Below are positions 40,073 to 51,700 of a stretch of DNA of 64,000 nt, piece by piece (within the stretch, counting starts at the first letter, position 1; each line of letters starts with the position of its first letter). The position numbers and the translations under genes were made by a program. The DNA comes from Eledone cirrhosa (Eukaryota). The notes beneath the pieces are model-generated. The model did no database searches. It was not told the DNA's origin and worked only from the letters and a program-made list of their open reading frames with translations. The stretch lies in the NCBI GenBank assembly GCA_964016885.1, contig OZ024740.1, positions 268,088,001 to 268,152,000 on the forward strand. Reading direction: 5' to 3'.

Positions 40073-40559
40073 CATCAATAACAGCAACACAATAAATAAA
40101 AAACAATAACATTAGTGGCAACTATAAGCATGCAAAAAAGAAATTTTCAAAAGTCTTGAAACCATTTTCTGTACAATAATTTGTATTGAATTGCTTAGAA
40201 AATCTTCAGGATTATTTTTTTCTAAGATGATTGCAAAACTGAAGAAAACAGTCTTCCTAGCCAGTAAAAGAAAATTGGTTCAACGCCCGAGGATAACATT
40301 GTCCTTCTCATAAAACATGTTAAATAACACTAATTTTTATTTAAAGGATCCTGGGACACTATAGCTAAAAATAACATCACCAACAGCCGTGCTTATGTAG
40401 ATCTTACTGCCACTAAAGCTGCTATTTGTTTTTCTCCTGATGATGCAGCACTTCTTTTTCTATTGGTTACATTTTGTAGGTTGTAGAAAATAATGGACTC
40501 AGAGAAACGATAGGGATGTATTTTGAGTTTCTTTACGGTTTGAGCCGACAAAATATAAG

Positions 40560-40943
40560 TACCGTATTTCCCGGCGCCGAAGATACTTCGTCCTCGGGGA
40601 CGCACCCTAATTTTGACAACCAAAAATTTGAAAAAAAATAATTGTTTCTACTTTTGACACAAGGCCAACAATTATGCCAGAGTATTACTGGTGCTTTATT
40701 TTATCGACCCCGTAAGTATGAAAGGCAAAGTTAACCTCGGCAGGATTTGAACTCAGACCACAAAGGGCCGTAACTCTTTGCTGCTAAGCATGGCGTCTGA
40801 CCCTCTACCGATACTGCCAATCCACAAAAAAAATATTAAAAAATAATAATAATAAACAACCTTCGGTCTCCAGAACTCATGGTAGATTTTTTTAGACTTA
40901 ATTTAGGAAAAAAGTAGCGTCTTCGACGCCAGGAAATACGATA
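40560..40943. mobile_element. Tc1/pogo-type MITE with a nested minus-strand SINE (40638-40825)
   Basis: TIRs TACCGTATTTCCCGGCG / CGCCAGGAAATACGATA. The SINE is inserted in an A-run. Confidence 0.75.
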
Positions 40944-41119
40944 TGTGTTATACATGAGTAGACTATACTAGATCGCTTAAAAATATGTGGCTGTGTTATA
41001 CCGGAGTAAACTATACTGGATCGCTTAAAAATATGTGGCTTTGTTATACCGGAGTAGACTATACTAGATCGCTTAAAAATACTAGCAGAAAAACCACCCA
41101 TCGGGTGGTTTTCTGCTAG
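40944..41119. repeat. 48-bp tandem repeat (about 2.9 copies) followed by a 38-bp hairpin
   Basis: GTTATAC...ACTATACT.GATCGCTTAAAAAT x3, then CTAGCAGAAAAACCACCC-ATC-GGGTGGTTTTCTGCTAG. Confidence 0.85.
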
Positions 41120-42226
41120 CATGTGTAGTGTGTATATTGATATTATACGCAAGTATATATGCATGTAGATATGATACGTAAAATAAAATCGTAATTGACA
41201 ACATACACAGAAATTGAAGAGAGTCTGTGTTACACTGTCTTATGTAATCAGTAACGTAATCCATGATACATTAAAAAAAAAGACGATATTATATATAAAC
41301 TGCATTAGGAGAAAATTAGTGACAGAAAAAATTAATATGTTTATTTAAGCGATCGCCACCGGAAGTGTTGACATTTGAACATTTTAAAGAAGTGAATCTT
41401 TAAATAAATAATAAAATATATTTAATGAAAAGCCACGAAATTTAGTAGATAAATTATGTAATATTCATTCATTATTTATTCAAAGTAATCCAACTTATTT
41501 TACTAATGGGATACAAAATTATAAACCGTACGCAGTCCCGCGCTTCTTACTTTATTATAGTTTAGATGTGGCCTTGTGACACATTTAGAAATGAATACTA
41601 TGCGGGTAAAAATAGGATTTGTGATTGGGAGAGTGAGGGTTTTAGAGTTAAACACTTTACTTATTACTTTGTCTAAGAGGCAAACAAATCTGCGTATGTA
41701 TGATGGTGAGATCAACTATGAAATTAAATGAGAAACACTTCTAAATATAAATGGCTGTTTAAAGTTGTTTTGGTTTGTTTCTATATTTGAATGTGACGGA
41801 CTAATGAATGCTAAATGATTGACATCACAACTGATTTTTCTGGTGCACGAATATTTCATCTTTTCGAGCTTTCACTATAACACGCACTTCTTTTTGTGTA
41901 CTTTTGTCTCCTGTAGCTTTTTTTTATCAAAACCGCAACTTAAGACACCACTCGATACTGATCATCTCTTATATGAATGGTATGTATTACAGCATGTAGT
42001 GTGTCATTTATCAATACCAGAAGAATAAACGGCGATTATCGACTTGCTTATGTATAACTTAGAACATTAAAGTAAATATGTATATTTATATGTAGATTTT
42101 TAAGGTGCCAAAGCGTGATTGTAAATGTAAGTGAGCGAACCTCTATAGAGATACAAACATACACATACATACATGTATGTACATACACATAGAGCTCTAC
42201 ATAGACAAACTCAAACACGCATACAC

Positions 42227-42298
<72 letters not shown>

Positions 42299-42301
<3 letters not shown>

Positions 42302-42500
42302 GGAAAATGCATGACCCCGACGGCAGAGCTCAAGCCGTTTCGACCGCTATTTCTGGACTCCAGAAATAGCCGTCGAAACGGCTTGAGCTCTGCTGTTAGG
42401 GGTCATACATTTTCCTATTACCTACTCTACTACCCTAAATATTGAGTACTCTGGTGCGTTATGGTCCATCTGGTTCCTTACGACACTCTTTCGTTATATA
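42299..42500. repeat. 120-bp fold-back hairpin plus tail in (TA)n; truncated pseudo-LTR-like cassette
   Basis: 42299-42357 is the reverse complement of 42359-42418. The tail 42418-42500 recurs at 62241-62320. Confidence 0.88.
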
Positions 42501-42869
42501 TATATAGTTGCAGGTGATTTTATTTAATTTATCCCGTTTTATATATTGGGCATGCGTGTGAGCGTTAGTGTTTGTGTGTGTGTGGTGGGTTTTGTGTACG
42601 TGTGAGTATGTGGGTATTTAAAATGTTCTTGACAAACGCATTCACAAACTAAATAAAGGATTCATTACTTATAGAAGTTTAATTATTCAGTAATACATAA
42701 GCTGCTAGGTTTATAAATTTACTTCAGTCAATTTGATTTCCTTGTGACGTAAATATTGGCGAGAAAAGTTGCATATAATATGAAGGAAAGAAGAAGAGAA
42801 ATGAAAGGAGGGGTTCAAAAACTAAGAACGATGGAGTAAATTTCTGGGGTACATCATAATCTTAAATGA

Positions 42870-43730
42870 TTGGTGATCCTTAAGAAAATTAGATGTAGAA
42901 GAATTGTTGGTGAGAGCAGTGCAAGTAATGTAGAGAGGAGCTGTCAACAAAGTAAGAGTAGGAAATGAGTTTACTGAGGAATTCAAGGTAGAAGTAGGTG
43001 TTCATCAAGGTTTGGTTCTTAGCCCATTACTATTCATTATAGTCCTCCAAGCTATAACAGAGGAGTTTAAGGCCAACTGCCCATGGGAACTTCTCTATGC
43101 AGATGATCTGGTCCTTATAGCTGAATCCATTAAAGACCTAGAAAATAAGTTCCGGATATGGAATCAAAGTTTAGAATCAAAAGAGTAAACTTAGCCAAAA
43201 CTAAAGTGCTTGTGAGTAAGGTAGAAAATAGGACCTTGATTCCTTCAGGGAAGTGGCATTGCTAAAGATCTAGAAAGGGAGTAGGCATAAACTCCATACG
43301 ATGTGAAACATGGGCTGTGGCTACGGGGGACGTGCGTAGACTGGAGAGAAATGAAGCAACCAAGCTCCGTTGGATGTGCAATGTACGTGTGTGAGAGAGA
43401 GAGGCTTGGACGAGTTGAAGGAGAAGCCGGGTTTAAGTGGAATTCGAGGTTGTGCGTAGGAGAGATGACTGCATTGGTTCGGATATGTGATGTGCATGGG
43501 CAATAATCGTTGGGTGAAGAAGTGCCAGGAAATATCAGAGGAAGGAAGTCGCGATAGAGGTAGACAAAGAAAGACTGGACAGAGGTTGTGAGCATTGACC
43601 TCAAATCACTGAAACTCACAGAAGCGATGATAAAGGATCGCGATGTGTGCAGAGATGCCTTGTTGAGAAAGACCCATCCAACCCATGCAAGCGTGGACAA
43701 GCTGACGTAAAAACGACGAAGACGACGACA

Positions 43731-43761
<31 letters not shown>

Positions 43762-43825
43762 TGATGATGATAATGATGACGATGATGATGTTGATGATGA
43801 TGATGATGATGATAATGATGATGCC
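42870..43825 (+). pseudogene. Degraded RTE LINE related to the 24525-27360 element
   Basis: LKKIRC/EELLVRAVQ, VGVHQGLVLSPLLFIIVLQAITEEFK.NCPWELLYADD, RRLERNEA. Internal deletion, frameshifts and a (GAT)n tail. Confidence 0.92.
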
Positions 43826-44329
43826 GTAATAAACCTTTCTTCTGAGCTGATCTACAATATAAAGTTAGAAATAACTGACGGAGAAAATAAATAAAGAATC
43901 AATGAAATATATGTTAAAAACAACCTTTCCTCACCACAACGAGAGAAATATGTTAAAATATATTTAGAGAGAATATTAAGATTGAAGAAGCAAAGGTAAT
44001 CTAAATTCTATTAAATATAAGTAGGGGAAAGAAAGTAGTTATTGGGCGAGAGAAAACTTAAGCCCTGTGGAATACAAGGAAGTATACGATGAAATTTAAA
44101 ATTACACATGCTATAGAAAGCAATGTTGCTTTTAACTTGGAAAGGTATTACATTATGAATAGAAAGAGAAACATAATAATTACCTTAAAGAAAATAATTA
44201 CCTTAAAGAACATTTAGAAGGTACCGAAAAGAAATGAGAGATTTGAGAAGTCACTGGAAACATAAAGTAATGGGTTGCTGATGAAGGGAGATAAGAAATA
44301 GATTAAAATAGAAGACTGAAATAACGAGT

Positions 44330-44580
44330 GGCAGCACATGGCTTAGTGGATATGATGTTTGGCTTAGAATTGTAAATACATGTGTTCAATTCCCGGTGGT
44401 GCCTTGAGCAAAACGTTTTATTTTACTTTGTTCCAGTCCACTTGGCTGGTAAAAATGAGTTGAACCTGAAGGTCAAAGAGGCAGCCTAGAACAATGAATT
44501 TCTCTGAGAACTACGTTAATGCTAGACGTGTATGCTCAGCCACTTTCTCGAAAATTCAATATACAGACTCTTCTATCCGT
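44330..44580 (+). mobile_element. Degenerate tRNA-SINE
   Basis: TGGCTTAGTGG A-box, GTTCAATTCCC B-box, GCCTTGAGCAAAAC. Confidence 0.7.
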
Positions 44581-44739
44581 CAAACAAGTTGAAAACTTGT
44601 CACACACACATGCATACCCCCCACCCCTCTCTCTCTCTCCCTCTCCCCCATACACATATATATGAGGATCGGCTGAAAAGCAAACATCAAAAAACGCTTA
44701 AAAGCGGTTTATAAATTTTTTTATTTAAATCTAATCTGG

Positions 44740-44831
<92 letters not shown>

Positions 44832-44839
44832 TTACATAT

Positions 44840-45274
44840 GTGTACATACATGTGTGCGTGTTTGTATGTTTCTATATGTGTGTGTGTTTGTTTATACGTA
44901 TGGCTGTGTGTGTTTATATATATACGTGTGTGTGTTTATATATATATATTTGTGTGTGGGGGTTATATGTACATGTGTATATATATATATGTGTGTGTGT
45001 ATTTATATATATATGTGTGTGAGTTTATTTATATATATGTTTATATGTGTGTGTGAGTGTTTGTGCTTGTATATATATATATATATATGTTCAAACACAA
45101 ACACGCACACACACACATATATATATACACATATACATATACCCCCCCACACAAATATATATATATATATATATAAACACACACACGTATATATATAAAC
45201 ACACACACCCATACGTATAAACAAACACACACACACACATATAGAAACATACAAACACGCACACATATATGTAA

Positions 45275-45275
<1 letters not shown>
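44840..45275. repeat. Inverted duplication of a compound microsatellite
   Basis: Irregular motifs (TGTTTCTATATG, TTTATACGTATGG, TGTGGGGG) at 44840-45000 recur inverted at 45105-45275. Confidence 0.8.
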
Positions 45276-45326
<51 letters not shown>

Positions 45327-45399
45327 ACACACACACACTCATACACACAGCCACTTTACTGTGAAACCCAATTAAACATTTGTTTCATCCCTCTTAAAA

Positions 45400-46600
45400 T
45401 CATTTCGTCACCCTCTCTCAAAATATTACCCCTCTCTCACTAAAACGTTATACCTTTCTCACCTTCTCTATACACCACTATGTCTACATGTCTGTATCTC
45501 ACTAGACCAATATTCTTCCTCTCTAACTAAACCAGCACACTCTCTACACCTCTCCATATCTGACGGCATATCTCACTCTTTATCATTCTCATAATTCACA
45601 GTCTCTCACTAAACCACCAAACTGCCTGTCTCCCTCTATATCCCACTACATACCTCACTCTCTCACAAATCCCCCCTCTCACACTAGATCACCAAATACT
45701 CGCCCCTTTCTATATACCAGTACATACTCCACTCTCTATCACTCTCGTAATTCCCACTCCGTCACTAGCTCATCAAACTCTCTCCCCCTCACTATATCAC
45801 ACTAAATGCTTCACTCTGTATTCCTTTCACAATTACCCCTTTCCCACTATACCACCAAACTTTCTGCCCCTCTCTATATCCCACTACATACCTCACTCTC
45901 TCACAAACCACCAAACTATCTCCTGCTCTTTATATATTCCACTTCATGCCTCACTTTCTCTCACAATACCCACTCTCTCAATAGATTAACAAATACTCTC
46001 CTCTCTATATTCCACTACATACCTCACTCATTTTCCCTCTCTTAGTTTCCCCTCTCTCACTAGGCCGATACACTCTCACCCTTCTCTATAACTCACTACA
46101 TACCTCACTCTCTCTCACACTTCCCCCTCTCTCACTAGACCAACAAATTCTCTTCTGCTCTCTATATCCCATACATACCTCACTCTCACACAATTACCCC
46201 TCTCTATATTCCATTACATACCTCACTCAATTTCCCTTTCTTAATTCCCCTCTCTCATTAGCTCAATAAACTTTCACAACTGTCTATAACCTGCTACATA
46301 CCCCACTCTCTCTTACAATTGCCCCTCTTTCACTAGACCACCAACATTTCTTACCCTCACTATAATCGACTACATACCTCACTCTCTCACACTATCATAA
46401 TATCCTCTCTCTCACTAAACCAACAAATTCACTCCCGCTCTCTATATCACACTCTATACCTCACTCTATCTCACATTTTCCCCTCTCTCACCAGGCCACC
46501 AAATACTCTCCCTCTCTCTATATCCCAATACATACTTCACTCTCTCTCTCTCTCAGAATTCCCCCTCTCTCACTAAACCAACAAACTCTCTCTCCTTATA
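45400..46600. repeat. Old G-depleted minisatellite, period roughly 70-75 bp
   Basis: Recurring CACTACATACCTCACTCTC, CCCCTCTCTCACTA and CACCAAA blocks. Confidence 0.8.
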
Positions 46601-46721
46601 AATGTGCGATATAACCCATACGTACATATGTATATGTATATATGTGTTTGTATATACATATATAGAGATATGTATATATATATATGTGTGTGCGTATGCA
46701 TACTTATATATATATATATAT

Positions 46722-47780
46722 AATATATTTAGAAACACACAGATACATGCGGACACACACATATATACATGAATGCATCCGCACCCAACTGTGAGTTAAG
46801 GGTGCCAACTTCACCGATGTTGCTCAATGAATGACTGGGACAGACCAATTCAGTTGAACTAGACTGAACCAGTATCAGAGTTAAAAATACATTATGAAGA
46901 GAGAAGAAACATTTAGATATAATTAGTAATAAAATGTATCATACCTAAACTGTTCCTAAATTCCTCGACTACGTAGTTTCGTGGCATAAACAAAAACAAT
47001 ATATCATAAAGATATAGAGTCCTTGCGAGGTCTGCCGACTTATCAAGAGGATACCTCATTTTACTAGTCTCAAGAACGCGTCTACACGACGTGAGAAAGA
47101 ATCCCAAAAGGCGGAGGGGGAGATAGTCACGCGATATAACGGTCGAGAAACAGAGCTAAGCCTCTTATAACCCCGAAGAAAATACCACGGAGGCGGAGGG
47201 GGTATTTATATCGAGGCCGTAGAAGAGGTGGTGAAGAAGGCGAGAAGTATGAGTAATGGAAGCTTTCCAGCTGTCCCCACACTTCAAAGATTGCTCGACC
47301 AGAGGGAGTTATTAACAATATATTTAGAAACACACAGATACATGCGGACACACACATATATACATGAATGCATCCGCACCCAACTGTGAGTTAAGGGTGC
47401 CAACTTCACCGATGTTGCTCAATGAATGACTGGGACAGACCAATTCAGTTGAACTAGACTGAACCAGTATCAGAGTTAAAAATACATTATGAAGAGAGAA
47501 GAAACATTTAGATATAATTAGTAATAAAATGTATCATATCTAAACTGCTCCTAAATTCCTCGACTACGTAGTTTCGGTCGTGTAGACGCGTTCTTGAGAC
47601 TAGTAAAATGAGGTATCCTCTTGATAAGTCGGCAGACCTCGCAAGGACTCTATATCTTTATGATATATTGTTTTTGTTTATGCCACGAAACAACGTAGTC
47701 GAGGAATCTAGGAGCAGGTTAGGTATGATACATTTTATTACTAATTATATCTAAATGTTTCTTCTCTCTTCATAATGTAT
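46722..47780 (-). mobile_element. ORF-less PLE-type cassette: tandem plus inverted pseudo-LTRs in (TA)n
   Basis: 46722-46981 is repeated directly at 47318-47576. 46887-47089 is repeated inverted at 47578-47780. Confidence 0.85.
46962..47051 (-). ncRNA. Hammerhead motif with U3-A8 core and long stem II
   Basis: tcctc-TTGATAA-gtcggca...tgccac-GAAA-ctacgtag-TC-gagga. Palindromic stem III. Plus-strand copy at 47616-47705. Confidence 0.75.
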
Positions 47781-47896
47781 ATATATATATATATATATTT
47801 AGATATATACAGTTATACACACACACACATATATATATGTGTGTACGTATGCATACTTATATATATATATATATTTAGATATATACACTTATACAT

Positions 47897-47957
<61 letters not shown>

Positions 47958-48737
47958 AATTAAACATTTTTTTTTCACTGACAGTCAGTTAACCCATACT
48001 TTATTACATATATGGTCAGTAAGATATTTTTATTTAATAGATTTAGAGACAATAAATCAATTCACAGTTGTATAAATAGCATTGCAAATATTGATGGAAA
48101 TATAAAAGAAAAAGAGAAAAGAAAAAAAGGATAAAAATGAAACGAAGCAACAAACAGAGGCGGAAAGCAGTAAAGAAGGGCAGATCTGAGGGTGTAGTAA
48201 AGTAGGAGAAAAGGCTATAAATACCAGAAACGAGAAGGAAATAGGGAAAACAAGGACTATGTGACAATGGATGGAAAGGAGGAAGGAGGAGCAGAGGGTA
48301 TGCTTCAGGCGGGACAGTGTTTGGGCTGCGCTCCGCGGACAAAAGCATTTCAGAGGACAATGGCCAGCGACATCCACTGCAGCAGCATCCCATCTCACGG
48401 GCTTCCTTCCTTAGACGGGATGCTGACGAAACGATTTTACGGAGGAGCTCGTCGTACAGGGTCCGAAGACGCCTTAACGTCCCCGCTAGCATATATTGGA
48501 CGTATTATCGCGGGAGTGATAATGGAGGAGCAAAGATGGCAAGGTATGTACACTGATCGTTATAGTGATGGTGGTGAAGATAGCTACTAAGGTATGTTAA
48601 TGGAGCGATGAGGGCACTAAGGATTACTTGTAGAGGAGGAACTAAGGTGGGTGAGTGGAGAGTGGAGAGGAGGCAGGACAAAATAGACAACTATTCCGTT
48701 CAACAGCTGCTCTCAAGAGCTGACCTCAATTTTTCTA

Positions 48738-51700
48738 TGGTGAGATTAGAAAACCTCTACCCGGAACCACAACCCAGCAATAGGTCTGAAATAAACCTAT
48801 TACAGTGGTAAGATTAGAAAACCTCTACCCGGAACCACAAACCAGCAATAGGTCTGAAATAAACCTATTACAGTGGTAAGATTAGAAAACCTCTACCCGG
48901 AACCACAGCCCAGCAATAGGTCTGAAATAAGCCCATTGCAGTGGTAAGATTAGAAAACCTCTACCCGGAACCACAGCCCAGCAATAGGTCTGAAATAAGC
49001 CTATTGCAGTGGTAAGATTAGAAAACCTCTACCAGGAACCACAGCCCAGCAATAGGTCTGAAATAAACCTATTGCAGTGGTAAGATTAGAAAACCTCTAC
49101 CCGGAACCACAGCCCAGCAATAGGTCTGAAATAAACCTATTGCAGTGGTAAGATTAGAAAACCTCTACCCTGAACCACAGCCCAGCAATAGGTCTGAAAT
49201 AAACCTATTGCAGTGGTAAGATTAGAAAACCTCTACACGGAACCACAGCCTAGCAATAGGTCTGAAATAAGCCTATTACAGTGGTAAGATTAGAAAACCT
49301 CTACTCGGAACCACAGCCCAGCAATAGGACTGAAATAAGCCTATTACAGTGGTAAGATTAGAAAACCTCTACTCGGAACCACAGCCCAGCAATAGGTCTG
49401 AAATAAGCCTATTGCAGTGGTAAGATTAGAAAACCTCTACCCGTAACCACAGCCCAGCAATAGGACTGAAATAAGCCTATTGCAGTGGTAAGATTAGAAA
49501 ACCTCTACCCGGAACCACAGCCCAGCAATAGGTCTGAAATAAGCCTATTGCAGTGGTAAGATTAGAAAACCTCTACCCAGAACCACAGCCCAGCAATAGG
49601 TCTGAAATAAACCAATTGCAGTGGTAAGATTAGAAAACCTCTACCCGGAACCACAGCCCAGCAATAGGTCTGAAATAAGCCTATTGCAGTGGTAAGATTA
49701 GAAAACCTCTACTCGGAACCACAGCCCAGCAATAGGTCTGAAATAAGCCTATTGCAGTGGTAAGATTAGAAAATATCTACCCGGAACCACAGCCCAGCAA
49801 TAGGTCTGAAATAAGCCTATTGCAGTGGTTAGATTAGAAAACCAGTACTCGGAACGACAGCCCAGCAATAGGACTGAAATAAGCCTATTACAGTGGTAAG
49901 ATTAGAAAACCTCTACTCGGAACCACAGCCCAGCAATAGGTCTGAAATAAGCCTATTACAGTGGTAAGATTAGAAAACCTCTACCCGGAACCACAGCCCA
50001 GCAATAGGTCTGAAATAAGCCTATTACAGTGGTAAGATTAGAAAACCTCTACCCGGAACCACAACCCAGCAATAGGTCTGAAATAAGCCTATTGCAGTGG
50101 TAAGATTAGAAAACCTCTACCCGTAACCACAGCCCAGCAATAGGTCTGAATTAAGCCAATTGCAGTGGTAAGATTAGAAAACCTCTACCCGGAACCACAG
50201 CCCAGCAATAGGTCTGAAATAAGCCTATTGCAGTGGTAAGATTAGAAAATATCTACCCGGAACCACAGCCCAGCAATAGGTCTGAAATAAGCCTATTGCA
50301 GTGGTAAGATTAGAAAATATCTACCCGGAACCACAGCCCAGCAATAGGTCTGAAATAAGCCTATTGCAGTGGTAAGATTAGAAAACCTCTACCCGTAACC
50401 ACAGCCCAGCAATAGGTCTGAAATAAGCGTATTACAGTGGTAAGATTAGAAAACCTCTACCCGGAACCACAGCCCAGCAATAGGTCTGAAATAAGCCTAT
50501 TGCAGTGGTAAGATTAGAAAACCTCTACCCGGAACCACAGCCCAGCAATAGGTCTGAAATAAGCCTATTGCAGTGGTAAGATTAGAAAATATCTACCCGG
50601 AACCACAGCCCAGCTATAGGTCTGAAATAAGCCTATTGCAGTGGTAAGATTAGAAACTATCTACCCGGAACCACAGCCCAGCAATAGGTCTGAAATAAGC
50701 CTATTGCAGGGGTAAGATTAGAAAACCTCTACCCGTAACCACAGCCCAGCAATAGGACTGAAATAAGCCTATTGCAGTGGTAAGATTAGAAAACCTCTAC
50801 CCGGAACCACAGCCCAGCAATAGGTCTGAAATAAGCCTATTGCAGTGGTAAGATTAGAAAACCTCTACCCGGAACCACAGCCCAGCAATAGGTCTGAAAT
50901 AAGCCTATTGCAGTGGTAAGATTAGAAAACCTCTACTCAGAACCACAGCCCAGCAATAGGTCTGAAATAAGCCTATTGCAGTGGTAAGATTAGAAAACCT
51001 CTACCCGGAACCACAGCCCAGCAATAGGTCTGAAATAAGCCTATTGCAGTGGTAAGATTAGAAAATATCTACCCGGAACCACAGCCCAGCTATAGGTCTG
51101 AAATAAGCCTATTGCAGTGGTAAGATTAGAAACTATCTACCCGGAACCACAGCCCAGCAATAGGTCTGAAATAAGCCTATTGCAGTTGTAAGATTAGAAA
51201 ACCTCTACCCGGAACCACAGCCCAGCAATAGGTCTGAAATAAACCTATTGCAGTGGTAAGATTAGAAAACCTCTACCCGGAACCACAGCCCAGCAATAGG
51301 TCTGAAATAAGCCTATTGCAGTGGTAAGATTAGAAAACCTCTACTCAGAACCACAGCCCAGCAATAGGTCTGAAATAAGCCTATTGCAGTGGTAAGATTA
51401 GAAAACTTCTACCCGGAACCACAGCCCAGAAATAGGTCTGAAATAAGCCTATTGCAGTGGTAAGATTAGAAAACCTCTACTCGGAACCACAGCCCAGCAA
51501 TAGGACTGAAATAAGCCTATTACAGTGGTAAGATTAGAAAACCTCTACTCGGAACCACAGCCCAGCAATAGGACTGAAATAAGCCTATTACAGTGGTAAG
51601 ATTAGAAAACCTCTACCCGGAACCACAGCCCAGCAATAGGCCTGAAATAAGCCTATTACAGTGGTAAGATTAGAAAACCTCTACCCGGAACCACAACCCA

